A stretch of 64,000 bases of DNA. It comes from Mustelus asterias (lineage: Eukaryota). A program made the translations under genes and the position numbers. Location of the stretch: contig NC_135802.1 of NCBI RefSeq assembly GCF_964213995.1, positions 47,430,001 through 47,494,000 on the forward strand, in the 5' to 3' direction. Shown in pieces: positions 25,808 through 40,697 of the stretch. Under the pieces are notes generated by a model. It saw nothing but the letters and a program-made list of their open reading frames with translations, was not told the origin of the DNA and searched no databases. Positions within the stretch are counted from its first letter, which is position 1, and the number at the start of each line of letters is the position of its first letter.

Positions 25808-26814
25808 GGGTCCTATTTTACCATTTTGATTCCAAGTGCTCGGCGGACTTTAAACTGAGAGTGTTTCAGATCCGACTTTTACCCCTGTTCTGAGGCGCCC
25901 TCATACGCATTCTGCCTGAAAAAATATCAGCAATTCCGAATCGCGCTGCATAAGCCTGTGGGTGGGGCTTAACGTGCCCAAAATCCTGCAGTTCTGATCG
26001 GTACCTCCAACTGCGCATGCCCAAAAAAAAAATGATAGAATGCCGCTCCCTGCCACATCTCTCCTGGGCCAGATAATGCCTCCCCCTGGCCCTCACAGAC
26101 ATTGCCCCACACCCACAACATTACTGACCCCTTTATCCCCCCCACCACCCAGACTAATCAGGGGGCCCCTCCCCCACCTTCCCCCCGCCCCACCCCCCCC
26201 CCCCCCCCGCCAATCTCAGACAGAGTGGCAGCGGAGCCCCTTTCACCCCCACTGATTTCAAGCAAAGTGGCAGCGGATTCCCTTTCACCCCCACTGATCA
26301 CAGGCAGAGTGGCAGCGGACACCCTTTAACCCCCATTAATCACAGGCAGAGTGGCAGCAGACCCCCTTTCACCCCCAATGATCTCAAGCAGAGTGGCAGG
26401 GGCCCTTCCCTCTCCCCCACCCCCCTCCCCCCTGCCCGACTGATCTCGAGCAGGGAGCCGTCGGATGCTTGGTACTTACCTCCTCACTAACCCTCACTGA
26501 TGGAGTGCCCAAATTGGATATATATGGAGCATGTCTGTTTCGTGCCGATTTCGGATGAGCAAACGCGGTGGTAAAGGGGGAAGTGTCGGTAAAGTTGGGC
26601 GTGTAGCCCATTAAGTCAATTTAAATGCATGCAAATGCATTTAAATAGCTGTCGCGCCCGTTTTGGATGCAGTCCTGATTGCATCCATTTTCGGGCCTTG
26701 GTAAAGGGGGAACTGCCACGGAGACAGGCGCGGATCGCGTTACTCTCCTCACACCCGACTTTACCAAGCTTCCGCGCCCAAAAATGGGCACAACGCAATG
26801 GTAAAATCGGGCCC
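25808..26814. mobile_element. Harbinger-type MITE with an internal ~39-bp tandem repeat (~5 copies, 26210-26400)
   Basis: TIRs gggtcctattttaccatt / aatggtaaaatcgggccc; TSD aat on both sides; internal unit cagagtggcagcgga-cccctttcacccccactgat. Confidence 0.85.
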
Positions 26815-27280
26815 AATGACTCTTGCTCCATTTAAATGAGATGGAGTGTTTTTTATACCTATCTAACTTTACCTGGGATGAACCTAGCCAGTTTTCCTAA
26901 TTCAGCTAATCCCTTGTTTTTAGGCTGAGCCGGAAATTGATGCCTGCTCCAAGGTGAGGGAGAGAAGGTGTTCGCTGCCTGGGTCAAGCGTGTGGCAACA
27001 CAAATTCCCCGCAGTGCAGCCCTGTTGCATTTTAGAAGGACAGAAGGAATTTATCCGAGGTCTCAGGATGTTGGTGGCTGTCCCCTTCCAGATCCTCCTC
27101 TGATCTGAAAGGTCAGCCCTGCATCCTCAAACCTCAGTTTCCACTGGCATTTGGTGGAACCCTGAGAAATGATGCCAGAATTATGGTGAAATTCCCTTGC
27201 AATCGACATACATTTTACTTTTCAAACTTCTTGTCAATGTTAACATTTATTTGCTTGAAGTTTAGTGATGCAGGATTACA

Positions 27281-27737
27281 AAGAACAAAGAAAATTACAG
27301 CACAGAAACAGGCTCTTCGGCCCTCCAAGCCTGCAAAGACCATGAAATAACACCCCCTATCTTTCTGGGACTATATCCCTCTATTCCCATCCTGTTCATG
27401 TATTTGTCAAGACGCCCCTTAAAAGTCACTATTGTATCTGCTTCCATTACCTCAGGCAGCGAGTTCCAGGCATCCACCACCCACTTGCCTCATACATCTC
27501 CTTTAAACCTTGCCCCCTAGTAACTGACTCTTCCACCCTGGGAAAAAGCTTCTCACTATCCACTCTGTCCTTGCCTCTCATAATTTTGCAGACTTCTATA
27601 AGGTCGCCCCTCAACCTCCATCGTTCTGGTGAGAACAAACCAAGTTTCTCCAAAGTCTCCTCATAGCTAATGCCCTCCATACCAGGCAACATCCTGGTAA
27701 ATCTTTACTGTACCCTCTCCAAAGCTTCCACATCCTG
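27281..27737 (-). mobile_element. CR1 3' fragment
   Basis: MLPGMEGISYEE..LGLFS.E..RLRGDLIEV and AWNSLP remnants; (ttctttg)n tail. Confidence 0.9.
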
Positions 27738-27761
27738 GAGTAGCCTGTTATGACCTAGTCA

Positions 27762-28032
27762 CAGTAAGAAGTCTCACAACACCAGGTTAAAGTCCAACAG
27801 GTTTATTTGGTAGCAAATACCATAAGCTTTTGGAGCCCTGCTCCTTCATCAGATGGAGTGGAAATGTGCTCTCAAACAGTGCACAGAGAGCACATTTCCA
27901 CTCCATCTGACGAAGGAGCAGCACTCTGAAAACTTATGGTATTTGCTACCAAATAAACCTGTTGGACTTTAACCTGGTGTTGTGAGACTTCTTACTGTGT
28001 TCACCCCAGTCCAACGCCGGCATCTCCACATC
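27762..28032 (+). mobile_element. Fold-back Penelope-like insertion with two oppositely oriented hammerhead motifs
   Basis: ~112-bp inverted arms 27761-27873 and 27886-27998; tail ..gccggcatctccacatca; 12-bp TSD atgacctagtca at 27750-27761 and 28033-28044. Confidence 0.9.
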
Positions 28033-28256
28033 ATGACCTAGTCATGCAGGGTTGTGTTTCGTGACTTTACTAAATGGAGGAATCTCAACCTTTGCACTTG
28101 AAAAGTTAATCACCACTTTTGAAATGGTGTTTAAAAACTCTAACACCCTCCCAAGCTGACAGACTTTGGGGAGGTTATGTCGGTGGTGTTGGAAGCACCA
28201 AGGGAAAATGCAAAAAAAAAATCAGAATTGAAACCATATAGTAGCAGTCACTTTAC

Positions 28257-28408
28257 CTTTGGAGAGGAAATCTTCACGTAGACTATCACAGGAGCCAAAG
28301 AGGTTTTACCCAACTGAGCTGGATGGTTGATTGTGTCCGCATCAAGGACTACTAACTGCAATGTTCTTGCTAGTTCAAAAATCCGCTCAATTTCACACTG
28401 GACTTCAG
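28257..28408 (-). CDS. CACNB2: CACNB2 exon 11 (GK domain)
   Basis: (A)[50 protein letters not shown]; 152 bp. Confidence 0.96.
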
Positions 28409-29487
28409 CTGCAAGTCAAGAAGCAAAAACAGGTCAAGGAGTGCAAGATTGGTTATTCCACTTTTGAAGTTTATATACTAGGGTTTTAGATTCAGTTAGA
28501 ATCGCTCCCAATAATTTCACTGATAAAATTACTGCAACACACACTACTGCATCTTCAGAACCTTTCGATGTTCCGCATACAATTATAGCTGGACTTCTCA
28601 GTGTAAACTTGGACAATGATTTGTCTCAATTGGATACCTGTGTCTGTCCCAAACTCTGATCTCACAGTGAAAATAGCATTTTATTCAAAGTATCGAAAAG
28701 GTATTCCCTGCACATCTTTGGTTATATGAGCCATTTAAACCACAGAGTCCTGAGTGGGCTCAGTGTCTCCTTCATTGTCAGTTGGTTGCTATCCGAGAGC
28801 ATTCTTCATCTGAATCCAGGAAATTTGAGCAACACCAAGGCTGCGACTTTCCTGACCCTCCATGGCAGGACCTCCTCGCTGCAGGAGAAGCGGTCACAAC
28901 GTGCTGTAACACTTTGCTGGATTTCTGCCATCTGTATCAACATCAGTGAACATTAGCAAACGATCCTGACATATACTGATGTCCTGAAACACATCACTGT
29001 CAGCTATGCCCATTACAGTTACGCCAGTCACCATTGTTAACCAGCAATCCTATTTTTCTCCAATGAGCCTGATATAGCTAGCTCATTACAATGTGGCACA
29101 CCAAACTAAAAATGCAAGGTAAAGAGTGAGTGAGTGAGTGAATGATGCTGGGGTGTACTGGAGTGACACTGGCCCCTGGCTTGTTGTCTTCCACAACATC
29201 TCTCGAATGGGAAAATAGATTATGATATCCTGACGAACAACCTTTATATAAAGTGTTCAAAATAAATGGTATGGTAAATGTGTTCAGTAAATGTTATGTT
29301 GGCTAGTTAGAATAAGAATGAAGTACATCAGTAGCTGATGACCAATGCAGCAGAGTGGCTGTCCAAACCTTCTGTTTCAGGGACTTTATAGGAATGGTTG
29401 AAAGTGACAGTATCAAGCGACACAGTAACAAATGCTAATATCTATGAAAGATTTGCCAACCCTCCTTATTCTAGAAAGATACTGATC

Positions 29488-29765
29488 TCTTGATACTGAG
29501 AGGCAGGAGGTGTAGGGGGGATGTGAGGAAAAGCTTTTTTACCCAGAGGGTGATGACTGTCTGGAATGCGCTGCATGGGAGGGTGGAAGAGGTGGGTTGC
29601 CTCACATCCTTTAAAAAGTACCTGGATGAGCATTTGGCACGTCACAACTTCCAAGGCTATGGGATAAGTGCTGGTAGACGGGATTAGGTGGAAGTTCAGG
29701 TGTTTCTCGTGTGCAGACTCGATGGGCCGAAGGGCCTCTTCTGCACTGTATGATTCTATGATTCT
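29488..29765 (+). mobile_element. CR1 3' fragment
   Basis: RGDVRKSFFTQRVMTVWNAL..FKKYLDEHL followed by a (tgattcta)n tail. Confidence 0.85.
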
Positions 29766-30249
29766 TCTCTGCACCCAATATGTGTACAGTGTTATGAAAC
29801 AGGAATTGTAAGTGGGAAAACCCTACTAGGTTAGTAAAGTTTTTAAACCATTAGATATTAAGGCACTGATGGAACTACCAGCATGAAGTTAAATTACTTC
29901 TAAAACAGGCTAACAAGAAAGCAGTTTACACACATGAGATGCAGTAAGACATTTAAACAAATGATTATGATTTTGAAACACATATGTTGATATTTTGAAT
30001 GTATTAATGTATTTTTAAAGATATATTGTTCACTTCAGCCAAGAGCAATTTGCTGCGAAGCATCGTGGTCAAAGGCATTTGGGCAAAGCCATATTCCAAG
30101 AGAATATGCAAGCTTTACCGGTAAAGTTTCGGATGAAGAGAACATTTAGAACACTTAATCATATTTCATGAATAGGGTTTATTCACTATCCAGACAAGAT
30201 GGATGCATGCTCAGACATGGAGTCATGTATTTGTACTTATTTATTGTAT

Positions 30250-30545
30250 TTATTTATTTGTGTCACAAATAGGCTTACATTAACACGGCAATGAAATTAC
30301 TGTGAAAATTCTCCAGTTGTCACACTCCGGCGCCTGTTCAGGTACACTAAGGGAGAATTTTAGCATGGTCAATGCACCGAACCAGCACCAGTCTTTCGGA
30401 TTGTGGGAGGAAACCGGAGCACCCGAAGGAAACCCACGCAGGCACGGGGAGAATGTGCAGACTCTGCACAGACAGTGACCCGAGGCTGGGAATCGAACCC
30501 GGGCCCCTGGTGCTGTGAGGCAGCAGTGCTAACCACTGTGCCACC
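30250..30545 (-). mobile_element. V-SINE with alternative tail
   Basis: Same structure as 13350-13635. Confidence 0.85.
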
Positions 30546-32542
30546 TACATGTGTTAATCTGGTTTGGCAGTGACCTATAAGGGAACCCATGAGAACATTC
30601 ATTTGAATGTTGGGCTAGCGTCTGAAGTTACGAGGCAGTGCGGGAAGTGGGGTCAGCCAAGACGAGTTAGCTTCCGGATTTTACGTATTAATAAAATGCC
30701 ATTATGCCAGAGGGTAAGATGCGATTGGCTAAGGTATATGACAGGTATTTTGTTGATTTATGTATATTGAAGATGATTGATTTAAAGTTAATGAAAGGTG
30801 GGGAGTTATTGATAAGAAAAACCTATAATTGATCTGTTTTGAATTGTATATGTCAGATTTTCATTAGAAAGCTCTAGCTGCTCAATTTCAGAGCTGCCCT
30901 GACCCTTTGATGGTCTCCTAGTGGCCGCTGGTTGTAATAAAAGTTACATCTTGAAACTGAGACACTAGCTTCATGAGTCTTGTATTTTCTGAAGTTTAGA
31001 GAGCACCGGCCGCCTCGGAAATCCCACCAACAGGGATTAACACAGGTGATGGCCTTTTCCTATTCTTCCTGAGCTAATCTTCTTGAAGAGCTCTCATGCT
31101 CATTACTGCCAGAGGATCTACATCTCAGCCTCACTTCCTCAAGGAGAAGTCTCCTGGAGCACTGCAGAACATGGTTATTGAACGTGCAAACCCAATCCGT
31201 GCACCTTCACTAAAAGTTCATTGTTTTAGAAATAGTTCCTTACATTTCAATATTCCTTTTCTCAAAAAACAACTTAATCCCCTTGCTGAAATTCAATCCA
31301 GACAAATTTGTTTTGCACTATATCAAACATAGCTGGAAATTAATCAATATATCACTGGGCAGCATATTGTGCATTGCACTTTTTCCTAATCTGAATTCTA
31401 TATACATGTTATCAAGTTTTCTTAAAACGTTTTTCAATTAAAATATTTTTTTAAATGTTAAGGACCGGGATTCTCCGATCTCTTTTGCCCTGCCACCACT
31501 GCCTGTGAGAACTTAGCACTCAGCCAAAATTCCATTCATTGCTACAGGACCAGAGAATCCCAGCTGCGGACGAGGTCAGAGAATTCCAGCCAAGATGGAC
31601 TGAGAGGTTGGAAAATTCAAATCAGTTGTCAAAACCACTGCGAGAATTCAATTTATCTACATTTTATCTATTAGATTTCTAACAGACAAAACCCAGATAT
31701 TTAAGCTGGGAATATTCACTATGCAGCAGTAGCTAATTTCTCGAATTTCTTCATCCTTTTCAAGATCAAAAATACTTCCAGGTGCCTCTGAATTTCCTAT
31801 GAAGCCACTAATTAGCCAGCGTAGGCACGATGGGCCGAATGGCCTCCTTCTATGCTTAACGATTCTGAGATCCAGCGAACAGATAGTATTCTGTACTGCT
31901 GTCATGGCAACAACGGACAACAATATCAAGAGAGTCTAAAAGGCAGCAGGGAAACATTAAAGATCTGCACCACATCAGAATGTCAATAACTTTCTGTTCC
32001 TTCAATAACCAGACGAATAATTTATTAAATGCACTTCATTTGACAGTAATTTCCATCCTTCAACTCCAATTATACTGGTGAAACTGTACATCATATTAAA
32101 ATGGCAAGTCATTTAGCTTAACACAAGGAACACCAATAGAAATGTTCTTGCACCCGGGGAAGGGAAAATACATATTTGTCTGCAAACTTGTATGTTAAAT
32201 TGGCAATTTTGATATTTTAAGTATTTTGATGAAAGTAATGGACTAACGCTCAAGACATCCAGATGTTGCATTTTTTGAAATTCTGCCAACTATATTCCAC
32301 CAAACCCTTCGACTCCTTTACAATCGTGACAGTTCCATAATAATGGCAAGTAGGTCGCAGAATCAAAGCTTCATATTGATGCTCAAGACTTGCCACTAAC
32401 TGGACACAATTTCAGGCTAAACCTACAGGATAGAAGTGCTGAGTGTTAGAGATGCTTGGCTGCTGCTTTTTGTACTCTTTGTTGTCAAGGAACAAACCTA
32501 AACTTTGGGCCAAAAGCACTGCTGACTGTCAGCCAGAGTTTA

Positions 32543-32805
32543 AAGTTTATTTATCAGCGTTACAAGTATGTTTTTATTAACACTGGAATGAAGTTACTGT
32601 GAAAATCCCGTAGTCGCTATGCTCCAGGTACACTGAGGGAGAATTTAGCATGGCCAATGCACCTAAATGGCACGTCTTTCAGACTGTGGGAGGAAACCCA
32701 CGCAGACACAGAGAGAATGTGCAGACTCTGTACAGACAGTGATCCAAGTCGGGAATCGAACCCAGGTCCCTGGCGCTGTGAGCAGTGATAACCACTGTGC
32801 CGCCT
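32543..32805 (-). mobile_element. V-SINE with alternative tail
   Basis: Same structure as 13350-13635. Confidence 0.85.
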
Positions 32806-34242
32806 ACACTGTGAAGGACAAGCTTGCTCTCTTTTTGCCCTTTCTCGTAAGTCGCAAAGAAAAAAAAAATCAGTTCTAATTGGCAGATAGATTTTGGCGG
32901 AGAATGGAGGCGGGGGAGAGAGAGGAAGTGAAAGGTTGCTAGTATTTTTTCTTGGTTTCAGTGGCACTCTGGTGTATGCTGGGACTGCTGTCACTTTGGA
33001 AATCGAATGACTTGGCATCAACAACAACAAAATCAGTCAAGGTTTTCAGATAATGGGGGATGCAAGGGGAGAATTAACAATGAACATTCAAAACTTGGAC
33101 TGCTGAAAAGTGATAAAAAGGCCATTAAAATTTGGTGCAATTTCATACATTTTCAATCATAATCATTTGCCAATTCACTAGAATTTAAGTGACATGGGAT
33201 TTGATAATGACAGTCTGTTATTCATGGATTTTTGTTAATTGAACCCGAGACTGGAATTTCCTGATGTTTTGCGCCACAGCGATAGTGTATCCCCATGAAC
33301 CTTCTACAACCGCCTGTATTTTGAGAACGACTGATGACTTTGCTCTCCCCACTCTATGATCCCTGGAACTTAAGTGTATATCTGTCAAGACTGCTGAAAA
33401 ACAGTCAATAACAGCACTAATCAAAATCAATGCTAGTTATAATTTCACTGAATTAATACCACTTTGACCACTGAATATAATTAGCACCAGACTTTGGACA
33501 CATTCAATGTCTAAAATTCTAAGGCTGGAATCTTACCACTGTTCACACCGATGGGATTTGCCCATCCCACCGCAGTGAGCGGAGATTTGTCTGGCCGCCA
33601 AATTCTCCGAATTCGCTGCAGCAGGAACATGGCGTGAACTGCAGGTAAGATTGGGCCCAATACTGTGGGATATGAATGTTAAGTTATTGGCCTGAGATTT
33701 TTCTCTCTGCTACAGCAGATAAGTTAACTCATTTAAAATAAATGGCTTAATGCCTATGATAGAACGCCAAAAAAATATCAGATACATGTTTTAAACATTG
33801 ATTTGCCAGAAAAAAGGAATGGAATTTGTGTTGTGGGAAGAGCCTTTGGGAGCATCCGTAGTCTTCTCCTATGTAACAGCAGAGACAGTTCCAATTCAAT
33901 AGTGCAGTTGAACTGGAAATCATGAATAATTGAATAAATGTGTGTTACTACTTTTGGATAAATGTAGTGTGTCCCTGTCCTTACCAACCAAGTGCCCAGC
34001 AGCAACTGCAAATGACAATGATGAATTTTCTGCCCACAATTTTCCACCCACTGTGCTTAGGGACATGTATGGACATTTTGGGAGCTAACTACAGCCAGGA
34101 GGCTGCTGTAAATCCTTTTTAGTATATACCTTTTGTGTTCATGAATGAAGTCTGTGAAAGCGCATCTTCACAGTGTGTCAGGTGAGGATTCAGAAAATCT
34201 ATTCCATGATTGGTGAATTCAAAAAAGCAGATGTATTCAAAT

Positions 34243-34752
34243 CATAGAATCCCTATAGTGCAGAAGGAGGTCACTCGGCCCATTGGGTCTGCACCAGCTC
34301 TCTGACAGAGTGTCTTATCCAGGCCCTATCTCCATAATCCCACATATTTATCACAGCTAATCCACTCAACCTACTTACCTTGTGACACCTTGGGGTAATT
34401 TAAGTATGGCAAATGCATCTCGCCTGCACAGGCCGAATTCTCTAGCCAAGTTTCCCACCGGCGGGAGGTGGCGTGTTGTTTGCTGGTGGCAGAATACTCT
34501 GGTCCCGCCGCTGTCAATGGGAATTCCCACTGATGTCACCCCACATCAATGAGAAACCCATGGGTGAAGGTGCGTGTACGGCCAGAGAATTCTGGCCCAC
34601 ATCTTTGGACTGTGGGAGAAAACTGGAGCACCCGGAGGAAACCCATGCAGACACAGGGAGAATGTGCAAGCTCCACACAGACAGTCACCTAAGGCCGGAA
34701 TTGAACCCAGGTCCCTGGCACTGTGAGGCAGCAGTGCTAACCACCGTGCTGA
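34243..34752 (-). mobile_element. HE1 V-SINE interrupted by a small MITE (~34430-34596)
   Basis: SINE halves flank an element with TIRs ggccgaattctctagcc / ggccagagaattctggcc. Confidence 0.8.
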
Positions 34753-36665
34753 CCTGAGAAATGAGAATCCTTTGTTTGTAAGGTGCAAGTCAAACCGATG
34801 AGGTCATATCTATTGCCCATTCTAAACCTTTCTTCCAATAACTACTGAAATATTGATACAATGAGACACAAAGGTGAACAACCCTAAAATATCACAATCC
34901 AAACATTGCACTGTAGTGAGGCCACATGGAGAACCTGCATGTGAGAGTGACTCATTCAACTATGACTATTCTTCAGAAGTAGCAGCTTTACTGATGACAA
35001 GCCAAAAAAACAAAGCACAGCCAAAAAACAAGTACACAGACATAAAAACACCTGAAAGAATTTGTTGCCAACTTTCTAGTATACATACCCAAAGCATCTG
35101 CAAAGGGAGGGCATTAATAAAGCAAAAGAATAAAAAAAAAGCCAAGACAATCAAGTTTGTACAGAGCACAGAAAATGTGTTACAAAGTTATATGCAATGG
35201 AAATGTACAAATGTGGAACCATTTGTTATTTATATAAATTAATACCACAGACACAAGCAGTGCAGTAAATTTCACAGTGAGGCCAGTGCAGGAAATGGAA
35301 AATGTCACACTGGTTCGGTAAGCAGTGCTTTACTAGGTTAAGTTTTATTACTGGGGCTGAGTAGAAACAGCTTCAATCTGCAGCTGGCCATGTGATAACT
35401 GACCTGGCAGTACTCAAAGACAGAGACACTGGAGCCAAGAAAAAGCAAAGAAGTCAAGTGCACAGCACAGACCTCATAAAGATAAGCAAACGAAAAGATG
35501 TGAGATTCTCTTGGACGAACAGAAGTTGAACATTGAAAACATTCCATCTCCACTGTACTATTCTACAGTTAAGCTTTTCAGTTGGGAGTTCTGGTTTTCC
35601 TTTTGTCTGGAGCATGATCATATAAATACTATGGTTTAGTGGTTGTGTTATTGGGTTAGTACTCCAGAGGCCTTGCTGAATAATCTGAAATCCCACCATG
35701 GCAGTTTGTGAACATATTTCAGTTAATTAGCTAAATTTGAAACAAAACGGTAGTAGTTGACCAGGAGGATTTTAGGACTTTGGTAAAAACACAACTTCTT
35801 GTAATGTCCTTTAGGGAAGGAAATCTGCCATCCCTACTTGATCTGACCTATAAGTGTGGTTAATTCATAACTGCCCTGTGAATGGCTTTGTAAACCATAA
35901 AACCCCTAAAGTATAGGAGGAGGTCATTTGTCCCATCAAGGCTGCACCAACTCTCCAACAGAGCGCCATGAATTCAGTTTACCTCCACCTTAGCAGGGGA
36001 TGACCTCAAGGGATGATCAATAAATGCTAGCCTTTCCAGTGATGACTACATCCCCTGAATGTACAATAATTTAGAGTCAAAGAGGTTTACAGCATGGAAA
36101 CAGGCCCTTCGGCCCAACTTGTCCATGCCTCCTTTTTTTTTAAACCCCTAAGCTAGTCCCAATTTTAAAAAACAAAAAAAAATGCAGGCAGGCCAAATGA
36201 GGAATCCATTTTAATGTGGGATGCCTGATGGTTTCTTGACAGGATATTTTCATCTTCAGCATTCCCTGTGCAAAGCTTTTCACACAGCGCATGTCAGGAT
36301 TTCAGAGTAAATTTAAAAAAGGTAATTTACCTGGACAGTTCTAATTATCATACTGTGTGAGGCAAGTGTGAAATTTTTAACCAGATCAGGAGTAACTCTC
36401 AGAAGCTAGATTCCTTACAGAGGCTAGCGTGATCACCATGTGCCTCCAATTTATACTCCGAGCTACTAGAAGCGGACTGGTAGAGAAGCCTAGAATGAAG
36501 TAAATACCAGGCCCTTAAACGACAACAGTATTTATGGATTGCAAGAAAAAGCTTTTGGGAAAGCACGAACAGAACATTTCCCTAAAATCTTCCATTAGAA
36601 CCAAAATTATTTAAAGCATTGTGCATAGTCAGATCAGAAAATCAGATTTTAGAATAACTCGCTTA

Positions 36666-37013
<348 letters not shown>

Positions 37014-38379
37014 CTAAAGGACGGATGTATTTTTATCAGTTCAAACTGAAATATTCCATTAATCAGAAGTGCAACCAGCATGTCATGTGCCAGAAATGCA
37101 GTTTACGATATCCTAAGAATTATTCAATTTGTTTACTAACTGCAAATTATATTTTACTTAAATAATTAAACTAAAATTAAATTAAGATTGGCTTACATAA
37201 AAAATGTACTGATTCTTATCAGAATGCAATGTGTAGAGGCTTTCAGACATGAAGCTGAACTGAACAAGCTTCACTTTAGAACAAATGGCACTTCTTCACT
37301 TTTCCTTTTCTGATTTCCTGCTATTCTCTAACCGCTTTTCCAAAAGCTGCATCATGCTGGGTACTGTTTTATGGGAGACATTTACCCTCTGGTATCTCAG
37401 ACAAGAAGCCATTTTGGTGAGGGCTCAGATGATGACTTTGGCAAATCTATTCAACCTCAAATGGTAAAGTCAAGCAGGATTACTATTACCGTAAACCCAA
37501 AAGTGAATGAGCCTTTGGACATATGTATTGGGCAAGCACAGCAATGGACTTGTGGGGAACAGTCTGCAGTCACCATTGAGGCTCAACCATGAACAACAGA
37601 CTTGAATGGGGTAATGGAGAATGTCAGAACTCTATCTGCAAGAACCAACATCTCCAGAAAATGGGAAATAGCGGAGAAAGGTTTTTTAAAAACTGCATAC
37701 AAATAAGTTCTGAATGTCTTGCATTCATTAACAAATATTTCCCGTGATATTCCTCCTAAATGAAGAGGAAGTGCACAAGGAGCTGAAGGTCTACTGATTG
37801 AGTTACAGGACGTAAATGGAATTGGATTGGCAATTCGCAAGGAGAGTGGTAATTAAATCCTGTGATATTGAATGTTTTCAACTTCCAATATGGAGTTATA
37901 CAGACCAAACAAAAAAATTTGAATGCATGAGTCAGAGGACGATGAAGAGAATTAAATCTTTTTCCAAGGCTTCAACAATCTTTCTGTGATTTAATCACAG
38001 TCACTTAGTCAGAGAAGGAAGCAGCTGAAAAGTCAAGCTCAAGTTATTTCATGGATGATCATAACATCACCTAGAAACCAGGATTGTGTCTCCATCCAAC
38101 TTGCCCAGACACTCTGCCACCCTACTTAAAACTACGAAATACAAAATCCTTTTGACTATAATTGTCAAAAAAAATTAAAAAGGGTGAGTGCAGTACAGCA
38201 CAAGTGGGAGAGCGTTTTAAAAATTATGGGGTGTCTGTACCCATCTGATCAACAAAGTTAACACACTTTTTGCCATTTCACTCTGTAGGGAGATTTTGCC
38301 AGACTTTGGAATCATTCCTTTTATAAAGTATTAATGGATGCTGATGAAATATTGAGGACTCAACCTACGCATTGACCCT

Positions 38380-38600
38380 ATTTGATTTGATTTATTATTG
38401 TCACATGTATTGGGATACAGTGAAAAGTATTGTTACTTGCGTGCTGTACAGACAAAACATACTGTTCATAAAGTACATAGGAGAGAAGGAAAGGAGACGG
38501 TGCAGAATATAGTGTTACAGTTAGAAATGGGGTCAAGAGAAAGATCAGCTTAACATATGGTAGGTCCATTCAAAACTCTGATGGCAGCAGGAAAGAAGCG
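38380..38600 (-). mobile_element. Rex/Babar LINE 3' end
   Basis: Homologous to 3290-3503, with a (tcaaa)n tail. Confidence 0.85.
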
Positions 38601-38649
38601 TTGAGGATTCAACCTACATATTCACTACTTCCTATAGAACTGTACGTAC

Positions 38650-38708
38650 CGTCCTTCAAATCTGTGTTTCAGAAAGTCAAACAATGCTTTTTGCATCATG
38701 TCTGTCAC
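38650..38708 (-). CDS. CACNB2: CACNB2 exon 9
   Basis: VTDMMQKALFDFLKHRFEG(R); 59 bp. Confidence 0.96.
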
Positions 38709-39959
38709 CTAAAGAAAGGAATATTATAAAATGAAAGTTTAATTCATGTTTTGATAATAAAACACTTGACCTACAGTTTAAAACTGGATTTGCGTAATAT
38801 ATCATTCTGCAGTGTTTCTAGGATTTTATAGTCATCGAGGGAGCTGTGTGATGAGCTTGATACCTGGATTTGACAGTTCCAGTTTGGTGATAAGTCTTTG
38901 TATTTGGAGTGTTTGGAGCAGAAAAGTCTGTTTGATTGATCCTAATATCTCGCAATTCCTCACTCCATAAAATATTGATTCAATTCTCCCGTAATATATT
39001 TCCTACGCTATCTGCATCATAACCTCAAGTAAATTCATTACTTAGTACCAGACAGAATTTGGTGAACCTGTCTGCTATCACACTGGCATGTTACCAAATC
39101 AGCACTCACATGTCACCACCCCATGGATGAGGGTTGCATTGTCACAATTCAGAATGCTAAAATCAATAGGAAATGATCAGACTCATTAACCATCCAGCAT
39201 TTAGTTGCATTTCAAAGTCCAATGCCATCTTTTAGCTGTGCCAAACCAGTAGCAGGATTCCCACCCCAGCAATGCACTCATTCTCAGATTTGCTGCTCAA
39301 ACTAAATGTATTGCGAAGAAGCATTCCTTTTTTTGCTGGTTTGCAGAGGTGTTGATTTGTACATTTTTCCATATTTCAAACTGGTCACAAAACGCAAACA
39401 ATTTCAACTGAATGTAGTGAATAAACAAGAGGCTGCCACCAGAGTTTCATTTGTAAACATGGCACTTTGGAGCGAGGCAATTCAAAACGTTAAGAACCCC
39501 GATATTTTAGCAAACTAGATCGGAGTTAAGTTTCCAACCTGTGCAAATGAACAAAACTGGAAGATGTGAAGGCAATGATTACTTTTTAAAAAGCGAGCAG
39601 AAGTGCCTCTTACTATAAGTGAACCAAATAAAAATACAATGCACATAGAAAAAAATGTACTCTTTACCTTTGGGTTCATATTCCAACGTGAAAGAATAAA
39701 AGTCCTCACCTGCAAACTCAATCTTAAGAAATCTGTGCCTTTTTATGCATCTCGATTACAAAAGTAGAGTTAAGTTTATTTATTAGTGTCACCAGTAGGC
39801 TTACATTGACAGTGCAATTAAATTACTGTGAAAGTCCCTTGTCTCTTTCCTTCCCAAGTGTCAATGTTATGGCCTATTGTATGCAGCAATATTTTAAAAA
39901 CTGTTGTCTGTAGAGCATGCCACAGAAATTTTAAAAAGCTCCTTATGGTCCATTCTTCA

Positions 39960-40079
<120 letters not shown>

Positions 40080-40107
40080 TTAGAATGTCATGAACAGAAT
40101 AGTTTCC

Positions 40108-40697
40108 AAGTTAAGTTTGTTTATTAGTGTCACAAGTGGACAGCACAGCGGCAAAGTGGTTAGCACTGCTGTATCAGGGCCAAGGACCTGGGTTCAATTG
40201 AGTGATTGTGTGGAGTTTGCATATTCTCCACGTGTCTGTGTGTTTCCTCCGTGTGCTCCGGTTTCCTCCCACAGTCCAAAAATGTGCGGGTTACGTGGAT
40301 TGGCCATGCTGAATTGATCCTTTGTGTCAGGATAAATACGTGGGTTTGCAGGGTTAGGGCCTGGGTGGGATTGTTGTTGGTACAGGCTCGATGGGCCAAG
40401 TGGCCTCTTTCTGCACTGCAGGAATTCTATGAAACACTGCAATGAAGTTACTGTGAAAATCCCCTAGCCACCACACTCTGGCGCCTGTTCGGATACACTG
40501 AAGGAGAATTTAGCATGGCCGATGTGCCTAACCAGCATGTCTTTCAGACAGTGGGTGGAAACCAGAACACCCGGAGGAAACCCACGCAGACACGGGGAGA
40601 ACGTGCAGACTCCGCACAGACAGTGACCCACGCTGGGAATCGAACCCGGGTCCCTGGCACTGTGAGGCAGCAGTGCTAACACTGTGCCACCATGCTG
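40108..40697 (-). mobile_element. Alternative-tail V-SINE with an HE1 SINE (~40138-40431, +) nested in its tail
   Basis: The tail is split at ...gtcacaagt / acactgcaatgaag by an oppositely oriented HE1 copy. Confidence 0.85.
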
